From the human T2T-CHM13v2.0 reference genome, Homo sapiens: DNA of 64,000 nucleotides. A model generated the notes under the pieces. It saw only the letters and a list, made by a program, of their open reading frames with translations, made no database searches and was not told where the DNA came from. Positions 13,190 through 28,390 of this stretch are shown in pieces. The position numbers and the translations under genes were made by a program. Positions within the stretch are counted from its first letter, which is position 1; each line of letters begins with the position of its first letter. The stretch lies in the NCBI RefSeq assembly GCF_009914755.1, contig NC_060933.1; one strand, given 5' to 3'.

Positions 13190-15240
13190 TGGAATCAACG
13201 CGAGTGCAGGGGAATGGAATGGAATGGAATGCAATGGAATGGAATCTTCCGGAATGGAATGGAATGGAATGGAATGGAATGGAATGGAATGGAATCAACC
13301 CCAGTGCAATGGAATGGAGTGGAATGGAATGGAATGGAATGGAACAACCCGAAAGGAATGGAATGTAATGGAGACTAAGGGAGATGATTAGAATCAATCC
13401 GAATGTAATGGAATGGAATGGAACGGAATGGAATTGAATGCAATGGAATGGAATGCAATGGAATGGAATCAACCCGAGTGCAATGGAATGGAGAGGAATG
13501 GAATGGAATGGAATGGAAACTACCCGAATGGAATGGAATGTAATGGAGTGTAAGGGAATTGAATAGAATCAATCCGAATGTAATGGAATGGAATGAAACG
13601 GAATGGAATGGAATGGAATGGAATGGAATGGAATGGAATGCAATGGAATGGAATCAACCCGAGTGCAATCGAATGGAATCGAATGGAATGGAATGCAATG
13701 GAATGGATTCAACTTGAATGGAATGGAAAGAATTGAATCAACACGAGTGGAAGGGCATGGATTGGAATGCAATGGAATGGAATCAACCCGAGTACAGGGG
13801 AATGGAATGGAATGGAATGCAATGGAATGGAATCATCCGTAATGGAATGGAAAGGAATGGAATGGAATGGAATGGAATGGAATGGAATCAACACGATTGC
13901 AATCGAATGGAATGGAATGGAATTAACCCGAATAGAATGGAATGGAATGGAATGGAACGGAACGGAATGGAATGGAATGGAATGGAATGGAACGGAACGG
14001 AACGGAACGGAATGGAATGGAATGGAATGGAACGGAATGGAATCAACGCGTGTGCAGGGGAATGGAATGGAATGGAATGCAATGGAATGGAATCTTCCGG
14101 AATGGAATGGAATGTAATGGAATGAAATGCAATGGATTCAACTCGATTGCAATGGAATGGAATAGAATGGAATGGAATGGTTTGGAATGGAATTAACCCG
14201 AATAGAATGGAATGGAATGGAATGGAACGGAATGGAACGGAATGGAACGGAATAGAATGGAATGGAATGGAATGGTATGGAATGGAATGGAATGGTACGG
14301 AATAGAATGGAATGGAACGAATTGTAATGGAATGGAATTGAATGGAATGGAATGGAATGGAATGGAATCAACGCGAGTGCAGGGGAATGTAATGGAACGG
14401 AATGCAATGGAATGGAATCATCCGGAATGGAATGGAATGGAATGGAATGGAATGGAATCAACCCGAGTGCAATGGAATGGAGTGGAATGGAATGGAATGG
14501 AATGGAACAACCCGAATGGAATGGAATGTAATGGAGAGTAAGGGAGTTGAATAGAATCAATCGGAATGTAATGGAATGGAATGCAACGGAATGGAATGGA
14601 ATGGAATGGAATGGAATGGAATGGAATGCAAAGGAATGGAATCAACCCGAGTGGAATGGCATGGAATGGAATGCAATGGAATGCAATGGAGTGGAATCAA
14701 CTCGAATGGAAAGGAATGGAATGGAATGGAAAGGAATGGAATGAAATCAACTCGAGTGGAATGGAATGGAATGGATTGGAATGGATTGCAATGGAATGAA
14801 ATGGAATGGAATGGAATGGAATCAATCATTCCGAGTGGAATGGAAGGGAATGTAATGGAGTGGAAAGAAGGGAATGGAATCAACCCGATTGGAATGCAAG
14901 GCAATGGAATGGAATGGAAAGGAATGGAATGGAATCAACTCGATTGCAATGGAATGGAATGGAATGGAATGGAATGGAATGGAATGGAATTAAGAGGAAT
15001 AGAAGGGAATGCAATGGAATGGAACGGAATGGAATGGAATAGAAGGTAATGGAATCAACACGAGTGCAGGAGAATGGAATGGAATGGAATGCAATGGAAT
15101 GGAATCATCCGGAATGGAATGGAATGGAATGGAATCAACTCCATTGCAATGGAATGCAATGGAATGGAATGGAATAGAATGGAATGGAATTAACCCGAAT
15201 AGAATGGAATGCAATAGAATTGAATGGAACGGAACCGAAT
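13190..15240 (+). repeat. ~2 kb block with a diverged paralog at ~49555-51600 (offset ~36.36 kb)
   Basis: GAGACTAAGG at 13371/49733, AATCATTCCGAGTGGAATGGAAGGGAATGTAATGGAGTGGAAAGAAGGG at ~14824/51191, CAACCCGATTGGAATGCAAGGC at 14881/51248, CAACTCCATTGC at 15136/51498, GGAACCGA at 15231/51593. Confidence 0.8.
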
Positions 15241-18200
15241 GGAATGGAATGGAATGGAATGGAATGGAATCAAACTGAGTGCAGGGGAATGGAATGGAAT
15301 GGAATGCAATGGAATGGAATCATCCGGAATGGAATGGAATGGAATGGAATGGAATCAAACCGAGTGCAATGGAATGGAGTGAAATGGAATGGAATGGAAT
15401 GGAAACAACCAGAATGGATTGGAATATAATGGAGTGTAAGGGAATTGAATAGAATCAATATGAATGTAATGAAATGGAATGGAACGGAATGGAATGGAAT
15501 GGAATGGAATGGAATGGAATGGAATGGAATGGAATCAACCCGAGTGGAATGGCATGGAGTGGAATGCAATGGAATGGAATGGAATGGAATGGAATGGTTC
15601 GGAATAGAATGGATTGGAACAAAATGGAATGGAATGGAATGGAATGGAATGGAATGGAATGGAATAGAATGGAATGGAATGGAATCAAGTCGATTGCAGT
15701 GGAATAGAATGGAATGGAATGGAACGGAATGGAATGGAATGGAATGGAATGGAATGGAATTAAACGGAATGGAAAGGAAAGGAATCAACCCGAGTGCAGG
15801 GGAAAGGAATGGAATGGAATGCAATGGAATGGAATGGAATGGAATGGAATGGAATGGAATGGAATCAACCCGAGTGGAATGGCATGGAATGGAATGCAAT
15901 GGAATGGAATGGAATGGAATCAACTCTAGTGGAAAGGAATGGAATGGAATGGAAAGGAATGGAATGAAATCAACTCGAGTGGAATGGAATAAAATGGAAT
16001 GGATTGGAATGGATTGCAATGGAATGAAATGGAATGGAATGGAATGGAATCAATCATTCCGAGTGGAATGGAAGGGAATGTAATGGAGTGGAAAGAAGGG
16101 AATGGAATCAACCCGAGTGGAATTCAAGGCAATGGAATGGAATGGAAAGGAATGGAATGGAATCAACTCGATTGCAATGGAATGGAATAGAATGGAATGG
16201 AATGGAAAGGAATGGAATGGAATGAAATGGGATGGAATGGAATGCAATGGAATGGAATCAACCCGAGGGCAATCGAATGGAATCGAATGGAATGGAATGC
16301 AATGGAATGGATTCAACTTGAATGGAATGGAAAGAATGGAATCAACACGAGTGGAATGGCATGGATTGGAATGGAATGGAATGGAATCAACCCGAGTACA
16401 GGGGAATGGAATGGAATGGAATGCAATGGAATGGAATCATCCGTTATGGAATGGAAAGGAATGGAATGGAATGGAATGGAATGGAATGGAATGGAATGGA
16501 ATGGAATGGAATCAACTCGATTGCAATCGAATGGAATGGAATGGAATTAACCCGAATAGAATGGAATGGAATGGAATGGAATGCAATGGAATGGAATCAT
16601 CCATAATGGAATGGAAAGGAATGGAATGGAATGGAATGGAATGGAATGGAATGGAATGGAATGGAATCAACTCGAATGCAGTCGAATGGAATGGAATGGA
16701 ATTAACACGAATAGAATGGAATGGAATGGAATGGAACGGAACGGAACGGAACGGAATGGCATGGAATGGAATGGAATGGAATGGAATGGAATGGAACGGA
16801 AAGGAATGGAATGAAATCGAATGGAATGGAATGGAATGGAATGAACGCGAGTGCAGGGGAATGGAATGGAATGGAATGCAATGGAATGGAATCTTCTGGA
16901 ATGGAATGGAATGGAATGGAATGGAATGGAATGGAATGGAATAAACCCGAGTGCAATGGAATGGAGTGGAATGGAATGGAATGGAATGGAACAACCCGAA
17001 TGGAATGGAATGTAATGGAGAGTAAGGGAGTTGAATCGAATCAATCCGAATGTAATGGAATGGAATGGAACGGAATGGAATTGAATGGAATGGAATGGAA
17101 TGCAATGGAATGGAATCAACCCGAGTGCAATGGAATGGAGAGGAATGGAATGGAATGGAATGGAAACTACCCGAATGGAATGGAATGTAATAGAGTGTAA
17201 GGGAATTGAATAGAATCAAACCGAATGTAATGGAATGGAATGGAACGGAATGGAATGGAATGGAATGCAATGGAATGGAATGGAATGCAATGGAATGGAA
17301 TCAACCCGAGTGCAATCGAATGGAATCGAATGGAATGGAATGCAATGGAATGGATTCAACTTGAATGGAATGGAAAGAATGGAATCAACACGAGTGGAAT
17401 GGCATGGATTGGAATGCAATGGAATGGAATCAACCCGAGTACAGGGGAATGGAATGGAATGGAATGCAATGGAATGGAACCATCCGTAATGGAATGGAAA
17501 GGAATGGAATGGTATGGAATGGAATGGAATGGAATGGATTGGAATCAACACGATTGCAATAGAATGGAATGGAATGGAATTTACCCAAATAGAATGGAAT
17601 GGAATGGAATGGAACGGAACGGAATGGAATGGAATGGAATGGAATGGAACGGAACGGAATGGAATGGAATGGAATGGAATGGAATGGAATGGAATGGAAT
17701 CAACGCGAGTGCAGGGGAATGGAATGTAATGGAATGCAATGGAATGGAATCTTCCGGAATGGAATGGAATGGAATGGAATGGAATCAACCCGAGTGCAAT
17801 GGAATGGAGTGGAATGGAATGGAATGGAATGGAACAACCCGAATGGAATGGAATGTAATGGAGAGTAAGGGAGTTGAATAGAATCAATCCGAATGTAATG
17901 GAATGGAATGGAAAGGAATGGAATTTAATGGAATGGAATGGAATGCAATGGAATGGAATCAACCCGAGTGCAATGGAATGGAGAGGAATGGAATGGAATG
18001 GAGTGGAAACTACCCGAATGGAATGGAATGTAATGGAGTGTAAGGGAATTGAATAGAATCAATCCGAATATAATGGAAAGGAATGGAACGGAATGGAATG
18101 GAATGGAATGGAATGGAATGGAATGGAATGCAATGGAAAGGAATCAACCCGAGTGCAATCGAATGGAATCGAATGGAATGGAATGCAATGGAATGGAATC

Positions 18201-18704
18201 AACTCGATTGCAATTGAATGGAATGGAATGGAATTAACCCGAATGGAATGGAATGGAATGGAATGGAAAGGAACGGAATGGAATGGAATGGAATGGAATG
18301 GAATGGAATGGAATGGAACGGAACGGAATGGAATGGAATGGAATCAACGCGAGTGCAGGGGAATGGAATGGAATGGAATGCAATGGAATGGAATCTTCCG
18401 GAATGGAATGGAATGGAATGGAAAGGAATGGAATGCAATGGATTCAACTCGATTGCAATGGAATGGAATAGAATGGAATGGAATGGAATGGAATGGAATG
18501 GAATTAACCCGAATACAATGGAATGGAATGCAATGGAACGGAATGGAATGGAATGGAATGGAATGGAATGGTATGGAATGGAATGGAATGGTACGGAATA
18601 GAATGGAATGTAACGAATTGTAATGGAATGGAATTGAATGGAATGGAATGGAATCAACGCTAGTGCAGGGGAATGTAATGGAACGGAATGCAATGGAATG
18701 GAAT

Positions 18705-20470
18705 CATCCGTAATGGAATGGAAAGGAATGGAATGGAATGGAATGGAATCACCTCGATTGCAATCGAAAGGAATGGAATGGAATTAACCCGAATAGAATG
18801 GAATCAAATGGAACGGAACGGAACGGAACGGAATGGAATGGAATGGAATGGAATGGAACGGAACGTAACGGAATGGAATGGAATGGAATGGAATAGAATG
18901 GAACGGAAAGGAAGGGAATGGAATGGAATTGAATGGAATAGAATGGAATCAACGCGAGTGCAGGGGAATTGAATGGAATGGAATGCAACGGAATGGAATC
19001 GTCCGGAATGGAATGGAATGGAATGGAATGGAATGGAATGGAATCAACCCGAGTCCAATGGAATGGAGTGGAATGGAATGGAATGGAATGGAACAACCCG
19101 AATGGAATGGAATGTAATGGAGAGTAAGGGAGTTGAATAGAATCAATCCGAATGTAATGGAATAGAATGGAACGGAATAGAATTGAAAGGAATGGAATGG
19201 AATGCAATGGAATGGAATCAACCTGAGTGCAATGGAATGGAGAGGAATGGAATGGAATGGAATGGAAACTACCCGAATGGAATGTAATGTAATGGAGTGT
19301 AAGGGAATTGAATAGAATCAATCCGAATGTAATGGAATGGAATGGAACGGAATGGAATGGAATGGAATGGAATGCAATGGAATGGAATCAACCCGAGTGA
19401 AATCGAAAGGAATCGAATGGAATGGAATGCAGTGGAATGGAATCAACTTGAATGGAATGGAAAGAATGGAATCAACGCGAGTGGAATGGCATGGATTGGA
19501 ATGGAATGGAATGGAATCAACCCGAGAACAGGGGAATGGAATGGAATGGAATGCAATGGAATGGAATCATCCGTAATGGAATGGAAAGGAATAGAATGGA
19601 ATGGAATCGAATGGAATGGAATGGAATGGAATCACCTCGATTGCAATCGAAAGGAATGGAATGGAATTAACCCGAATAGAATGGAATCAAATGGAACGGA
19701 ACGGAACGGAACGGAATGGAATGGAATGGAATGGAATGGAATGGAACGGAACGGAACGGAATGGAATGGAATGGAATGGAATAGAATGGAACGGAAAGGA
19801 AGGGAATGGAATGGAATAGAATGGAATAGAATGGAATCAACGCGAGTGCAGGGGAATGGAATGGAATGGAATGCAATGGAATGGAATCTTCCGGAATGGA
19901 ATGGAATGGAATCAACCCGAGTCCAATGGAATGGAGTGGAATGGAATGGAATGGAATGGAACAACCCGAATGGAATGGAATGTAATGGATAGTAAGGGAG
20001 TTGAATAGAATCAATCCGAATGTAATGGAATAGAATGGAACGGAATAGAATTGAAAGGAATGGAATGGAATGCAATGGAATGGAATCAACCCGAGTGCAA
20101 TGGAATGGAGAGGAATGGAATGGAATGGAATGGAAACTACCCGAATGGAATGTAATGTAATGGAGTGTAAGGGAATTGAATAGAATCAATCCGAATGTAA
20201 TGGAATGGAATGGAACGGAATGGAATGGAATGGAATGGAATGCAATGGAATGGAATCAACCCGAGTGAAATCGAAAGGAATCGAATGGAATGGAATGCAG
20301 TGGAATGGAATCAACTTGAATGGAATGGAAAGAAGGGAATCAACGCGAGTGGAATGGCATGGATTGGAATAGAATGGAATGGAATCAACCCGAGAACAGG
20401 GGAATGGAATGGAATGGAATGCAATGGAATGGAATCATCCGTAATGGAATGGAAAGGAATAGAATGGAAT
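18705..20470 (+). repeat. Tandem duplication of an ~868-883 bp unit
   Basis: Private variants CACCTCGATTGCAATCGAAAGG (18750/19633), GAGTCCAATG (19051/19919), GTGAAATCGAAAGG (19397/20265) and CCCGAGAACAGGGG (19521/20389). Confidence 0.9.
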
Positions 20471-23400
20471 GGAATCGAATGGAATGGAGTGGAATGGAAT
20501 CAACTCGATTGCAATCGAATGGAATGGAATGGAATTAACCCGAATAGAATGGAATGGAATGGAATGGAACGGAACGGAATGGAATGGAATGGAATGGAAT
20601 GGAACGGAACGGAATGGAATGGAATGGAATGGAATGGAATGGAATCAACGCGAGTGCAGGGGAATGGAATGGAATGGAATGCAATGGAATGGAATCTTTC
20701 GGAATGGAATGGAATGGAATGGAATGGAATGAAATGCAATGGATTCAACTCGATTGCAATGGAATGTAATAGAATGGAATGGAATGGAATGGAATGGAAT
20801 TAATCCGAATAGAATGGAATGGAATGGAATGGAACGGAATGGAACGGAATGGAATGGAATGGAATGGAATGGTATGGAATGGAATGGAATGGTACGGAAT
20901 AGAATGGAATGGAACGAATTGTAATGGAATGGAATTGAATGGAATGGAATGGAATGGAATGGAATCAACGCGAGTGCAGGGGAATGTAATGGAACGGAAT
21001 GCAATGGAATGGAATCATCCGGAATGGAATGGAATGGAATGGAATGGAATGGAATGGAATCAACCCGAGTGCAATGGAATGGAGAGGAATGGAATGGAAT
21101 GGAGTGGAAACTACCCGAATGGAATGGAATGTAATGGAGTGTAAGGGAATTGAATACAATCAATCCGAATGTAATGGAAAGGAATGGAACTGAATGGAAT
21201 GGAATGGAATGGAATGGAATGGAATGGAATGGAATGCAATGGAATGGAATCAACCCGAGTGCAATCGAATGGAATCGAATGGAATGGAATGCAATGGAAT
21301 GGATTCAACTCGATTGCAATCGAATGGAATGGAATGGAATTAACTCGAATAGAATGGAATGGAATGGAATGGAAAGGAACGGAATGGAATGGAATGGAAT
21401 GGAATGGAATGGAACGGAACGGAATGGAATGGAATGGAATGGAAAGGAATCAACGCGAGTGCAGGGGAATGGAATGGAATGGAATGCAATGGAATGGAAT
21501 CTTCCGGAATGGAATGGAATGGAATGGAATGGAATGGAATGAAATGCAATGGATTCAACTCGATTGCAATGGAATGGAACAGAATGGAATTGAATGGAAT
21601 GGAATGGAATTAACCCGAATAGAATGGAATGGAATGCAATGGAACTGAATGGAACGGAATGGAATGGAATGGAATGGAATGGAATGGAATGGAATGGTAT
21701 GGAATGGAATGGAATGGTACGGAATAGAATGGAATGTAAAGAATTGTAATGGAATGGAATTGAGTGGAATGGAATGGAATCATCGCGAGTGCAGGGGAAT
21801 GTAATGGAACGGAATGCAATGGAATGGAATCATCCGGAATGGAATGGAATGGAATGGAATGGAATGGAATGGAATGGAATCAACCCGAGTGCAATGGAAT
21901 GGATTGGAATGGAATGTAGTGGAACAACCCGAATGGAATGTAATGTAATGCAGAGTAAGGGAGTTGAATGGAATCAATCCGAATGTAATGGAATGGAATG
22001 CAACGGAATGGAATTGAATGGAATGGAATGGAATGCAATGGAATGCAATCAACCCGAGTACAATGGAATGGAATGGAATGGAATGGAATGGAATGGAATG
22101 GAATGCCTTCAAATCGAATGGAATGGAAAGGAATGGAATCAACACGAGTGGAATGGAATGGAATGGAATGGAATGGAATGGAATGATACGGAATAGAATG
22201 GAATGGAACGAAATGGAATGGAATGGAATGGAATGGAATGGAATGGAATGGAATGGAATGGAATGGAATCGTTCCGAGTGGAATAGGAGGGAATGTATTC
22301 GAGTGGAATGGAAAGGAATGGAATGGAATGGAAAGGAATACATTGGAATCAACCCGAGTGGAATGGAATGGATAGGACTGGAATGGAGTGGAATGGAATG
22401 GAATGGAATGGAATGGAATCAACTCGACTGGAATGGAATGGAATAGAATGGAATTAACCCGAATAGAATGGAATGGAATGGAATGGAACGGAACGGAACG
22501 GAACGGAATGGAATGGAATGGAATGGAATGGAATGGAATGGAATGGAACGGAAAGGAATGGAATGGAATGGAATGGAACGGAATGGAATGGAATGGAATC
22601 GAATCAACGCGAGTGCAGAGGAATGGAATGGAATGGAATGCAATGGAATGGAATCTTCCGGAATGGAATGGATTTGAATGGAATGGAATGGAATGGAATG
22701 GAATAAACCCGAGTGCAATGGAATGGAGTGGAATGGAATGCAGTGGAATGGAATCAACCCGAGTGCAATCGAATGGAATCGAATGGAATGGAATGCAATG
22801 GAATGGATTCAACTTGAATGGAATGGAAAGAATGGAATCAACACGAGTGGAAGGGCATGGATTGGAATGCAATGGAATGGAATCATCCCGAGTACAGGGG
22901 AATGGAATGGAATGGAATGCAATGGAATGGAATCATCCGTAATGGAATGGAAAGGAATGGAATGGAATGGAATGGAATGGAATGGAATGGAATGGAATCA
23001 ACACGACTGCAATCGAATGGAATGGAATGGAATTATCCCGAATAGAATGGAATGGAATGGAATGGAACAGAACGGAATGGAATGGAATGGAATGGAATGG
23101 AACGGAACGGAACGGAACGGAATGGAATGGAATGGAATGGAATGGAATGGAATCAACGCGAGTGCAGGGGAATGAAATGGAATGGAATCATCCGGAATGG
23201 AATGGAATGGAATGGAATGGAATGGAATCAACCCAAGTGCAATGGAATGGAGTGGAATGGAATGGGATGGAATGGAACAACCCGAATGGAATGGAATGAA
23301 ATGGAGAGTAAGGGATTTGAATAGAATCAATCCGAATGTAATGGAATGGAATGCAACGGAATGGAATGGAATGGAATGGAATGGAATGGAATGGAATGCA

Positions 23401-26400
23401 ATGGAATGGAATCAACCCGAGTACAATGGAATGGAATGGAATGGAATGGAATGGAATGGAATGGAATGGAATGGAATGGAATGGATTGGAATACCTTCAA
23501 ACCGAATGGAATGGAATACAATGGAATCAACTGGATTGGAATGGAATGGAATGGAATGGAATGGAATGGAATGGAATCAACTCGATTGCAATCGAATGGA
23601 ATGGATTGGAATTAACCCGAATAGAATGGAATGGAATGGAACGGAACGGAACGGAACGGAACGGAACGGAATGGAATGGAATGGAATGGAATGGAATGGA
23701 ACGGAAAGGAATGGAATGGAATGGAATGGAATGGAATGGAATGATACGGAATAGAATGGAATGGAACGAAATGGAATGGAATGGAATGGAATGGAATGGA
23801 ATGGAATGGAATGGAATGAACCCGTGTGCAATGGAATGGAATGGAATGGAATGGATTCAACTCGAATGGAATCAACTCGATTGCAATGGAATGGAATGGA
23901 ATGGAATGGAATCGAATGGAATGGAATGGAATTAACCGGAATAGAATGGAATGGAATGGAATGGAATGGAACGGAATGGAATGGAATGGAATGGAATGTA
24001 ATGGAATGGAATGGAATCAACCCGAGTGCAGGGGAATGGAATGGAATGGAATGCAATGGAATGGAATCATCCGGAATGGAATGGAATGGAATGGAATGCA
24101 ATCAACCTGATGCAATGGAATGGAGTGGAATGGAATGGAATGGAATAGAAACATCCCGAATGGAATGGAATGTAATGTAATGGAGTGTAAGGGAATTGAA
24201 TAGAATCAATCCGAATGTAATGGAATGGAATGGAATGAAATGGAATGGAATGGAATCAACCCGAGTGCAATGGAATGGATTCGAATGGAATGGAATGGAA
24301 TGGAATGGATTCAACAAGAATGGAATGGAAAGGAATGGAATCAACCCGAGTGTAATGGCATGGAATGGAATGGAATGGAATGGAATGGGATGGAATGGAA
24401 TGGTACGGAATAGAATGGAATGTAATGAAATGGAATGGAATGGAATGGAATGGAATGGAATGGAATGGAATGGAATGAACCCGTGTGCAATGGAATGGAA
24501 TGGAATGGAATGGAATGGAATGGATTCAACTCGAATGGAATCAACTCGATTGTAATGGAATGGAATGGAATTGAAAGGAATAGAATGGAATCAACACGAG
24601 TGGAATGGAATGGAAAGGACTGGAATGGAGTGGAACGGAATGGAATGGAATTAACCCGAATAGAATGAAATGGAACGGAATGGAATGGAATGTAATGGAA
24701 TGGAATGGAATGGAATCAACCCGAGTGCAGGGGAATGGAATGGAATGGAATGAAATGCAATGGAATGGAATCATCCGGAATGGAATGGAATGGAATGGAA
24801 TGGAATGGAATGGAATGGAATGGAATCAACTCGATTTCAATGGAATGGAATGGAATAGAATGGAATGGAATTAACACGAATAGAATGGAATGGAATGGAA
24901 TTGAATGTAATGGAATGCAATGGAATGGAATCAACCCGAGTGAAATCGAAAGGAATCGAATGGAATGGAATGCAGTGTAATGGAATCAACTTGAATGGAA
25001 TGGAAAGAATGGAATCAACGCGAGTGGAATGGCATGGATTGGAATGGAATGGAATGGAATCAACCCGAGTAAAGGGGAATGGAATGGAATGGAATGCAAT
25101 GGAATGGAATCATCCGTAATGGAATGGAAAGGAATAGAATGGAATGGAATCGAATGGAATGGAATGGAATGGAATCAACTCGATTGCAATCGAATGGAAT
25201 GGAATGGAATTAACCCGAATAGAATGGAATGGAATGGAATGGAACGGAACGGAATGCAATGGAATGGAATGGAATGAAGTGGACCGGAACGGAACGGAAC
25301 GGAATGGAATGGAATGGAATGGAATGGAATCAACGCGAGTGCAGGGGAATGGAATGGAATGGAATGCAATGGAATGGAATCTTTCGGAATGGAATGGAAT
25401 GGAAAGGAATGGAATGAAATGCAATGGATTCAACTCGATTGCAATGGAATGTAATAGAATGGAATGGAATGGAATAGAATGGAATTAATCCGAATAGAAT
25501 GGAATGGAATGGAATAGAACGGAAAGGAACGGAATGGAATGGAATGGAATGGAATGGAATGGTATGGAATGGAATGGAATGGTACGGAATAGAATGGAAT
25601 GGAACGAATTGTAATGGAATGGAATTGAATGGAATGGAATGGAATGGAATCAACGCGAGTGCAGGGGAATGTAATGGAACGGAATGCAATGGAATGGAAT
25701 CATCCGGAATGGAATGGAATGGAATGGAATGGAATGGAATCAACCCGAGTGCAATGGAATGGAGTGGAATGGAATGGAATGGAATGGAACAACCCGAATG
25801 GAATGGAATGTAATGGAGAGTAAGGGAGTTGAATAGAATCAATCCGAATGTAATGGAATGGAATGCAACGGAATGGAATGGAATGGAATGGAATGGAATG
25901 CAATGGAATGGAATGGAATGGAATCAACGCGAGTGCAGGGGAATGGAATGTAATGGAATGCAATGGAATGGAATCTTCCGGAATGGAATGGGATGGAATG
26001 GAATGGAATCAACCCGAGTGCAATGGAATGGAGTGGAATGGAATGGAATGGAATGGAACAACCCGAATGGAATCGAATGTAATGGAGAGTAAGGGAGTTG
26101 AATAGAATCAATCCGAATGTAATGGAATGGAATGGAACGGAATGGAATTGAATGGAATGGAATGGAATGCAATGGAATGGAATCAACCCGAGTGCAATGG
26201 AATGGAGAGGAATGGAATGGAATGGAGTGGAAACTACCCGAATGGAATGGAATGTAATGGAGTGTAAGGGAATTGAATACAATCAATCCGAATGTAATGG
26301 AAAGGAATGGAACTGAATGGAATGGAATGGAATGGAATGGAATGGAATGGAATGGAATGCAATGGAATGGAATCAACCCGAGTGCAATCGAATGGAATCG

Positions 26401-28390
26401 AATGGAATGGAATGCAATGGAATGGATTCAACACGATTGCAATCGAATGGAATGGAATGGAATTAACCCGAATAGAATGGAATGGAATGGAATGGAAAGG
26501 AACGGAATGGAATGGAATGGAATGGAATGGAACGGAACGGAATGGAATGGAATGGAATGGAAAGGAATCAACGCGAGTGCAGGGGAATGGAATGGAATGG
26601 AATGCAATGGAATGGAATCTTCCGGAATGGAATGGAATGGAATGGAATGGAATGGAATGGAATGGAATGAAATGCAATGGATTCAACTCGATTGCAATGG
26701 AATGGAATAGAATGGAATTGAATGGAATGGAATGGAATTAACCCGAATAGAATGGAATGGAATGCAATGGAACTGAATGGAACGGAATGGAATGGAATGG
26801 AATGGAATGGAATGGAATGGAATGGAATGGTATGGAATGGAATGGAATGGTACGGAATAGAATGGAATGTAAAGAATTGTAATGGAATGGAATTGAATGG
26901 AATGGAATGTAATCATCGCGAGTGCAGGGGAATGTAATGGAACGGAATGCAATGGAGTGGAATCATCCGGAATGGAATGGAATGGAATGGAATGGAATGG
27001 AATGGAATGGAATCAACCCGAGTGCAATGGAATGGATTGGAATGGAATGTAATGGAACAACCCGAATGGAATGTAATGTAATGCAGAGTAAGGGAGTTGA
27101 ATGGAATCAATCCGAATGTAATGGAATGGAATGCAACGGAATGGAATTGAATGGAATGAAATGGAATGCAATGGAATGCAATCAACCCGAGTACAATGGA
27201 ATGGAATGGAATGGAATGGAATGGAATGGAATGGAATGGAATGCCTTCAAACCGAATGGAATGGAAAGGAATGGAATCAACACGAGTGGAATGGAATGCA
27301 ATGGAATGGAATGGAATGGAATGGAATGATACGGAATAGAATGGAATGGAACGGAATGGAATGGAATGGAATGGAATGGAATGGAATGGAATGGAATGGA
27401 ATGGAATGGAATCGTTCCGAGTGGAATAGGAGGGAATGTATTCGAGTGGAATGGAAAGGAATGGAATGGAATGGAAAGGAATACATTGGAATCAACCCGA
27501 GTGGAATGGAATGGAAAGGACTGGAATGGAGTGGAATGGAATGGAATGGAATGGAATGGAATCAACTCGACTGGAATGGAATGGAATGGAATGGAATAGA
27601 ATGGAATTAACCCGAATAGAATGGAATGGAATGGAATGGAACGGAACGGAACGGAACGGAATGGAATGGAATGGAATGGAATGGAATGGAACGGAAAGGA
27701 ATGGAATGGAATGGAATGGAACGGAATGGAATGGAATGGAATGGAATCAACGCGAGTGCAGAGGAATGGAATGGAATGGAATGCAATGGAATGGAATCTT
27801 CCGGAATGGAATGGATTTGAATGGAATGGAATGGAATGGAATGGAATAAACCCGAGTGCAATGGAATGGAGTGGAATGGAATGCAGTGGAATGGAATCAA
27901 CCCGAGTGCAATCGAATGGAATCGAATGGAATGGAATGCAATGGAATGGATTCAACCTGAATGGAATGGAAAGAATGGAATCAACACGAGTGGAAGGGCA
28001 TGGATTGGAATGCAATGGAATGCAATCAACCCGAGTACAGGGGAATGGAATGGAATGGAATGCAATGGAATGGAATCATCCATAATGGAATGGAAAGGAA
28101 TGGAATGGAATGGAATGGAATGGAATGGAATGGAATGGAATCAACACGACTGCAATCGAATGGAATGGAATGGAATTATCCCGAATATAATGGAATGGAA
28201 TGGAATGGAACAGAACGGAATGGAATGGAATGGAATGGAATGGAATGGAACGGAACTGAACGGAATGGAATGGAATGGAATGGAATGGAATGGAATGGAA
28301 TGGAATCAACGCGAGTGCAGGGGAATGAAATGGAATGGAATCATCCGGAATGGAATGGAATGGAATGGAATGGAATGGAATCAACCCGAG
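20240..28390 (+). repeat. Large imperfect duplication: ~20240-23230 repeated at ~24915-28390 (offset 4.68 kb, rising to 5.12-5.14 kb after a ~440 bp insert at ~25750-26180)
   Basis: GTGAAATCGAAAGG 20265/24940, CTTTCGG 20696/25381, TGAATACAATC 21151/26274, GGAACTGAAT 21186/26309, GTAAAGAATTG 21736/26869, CAGAGTAAGG 21951/27084. Confidence 0.8.
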
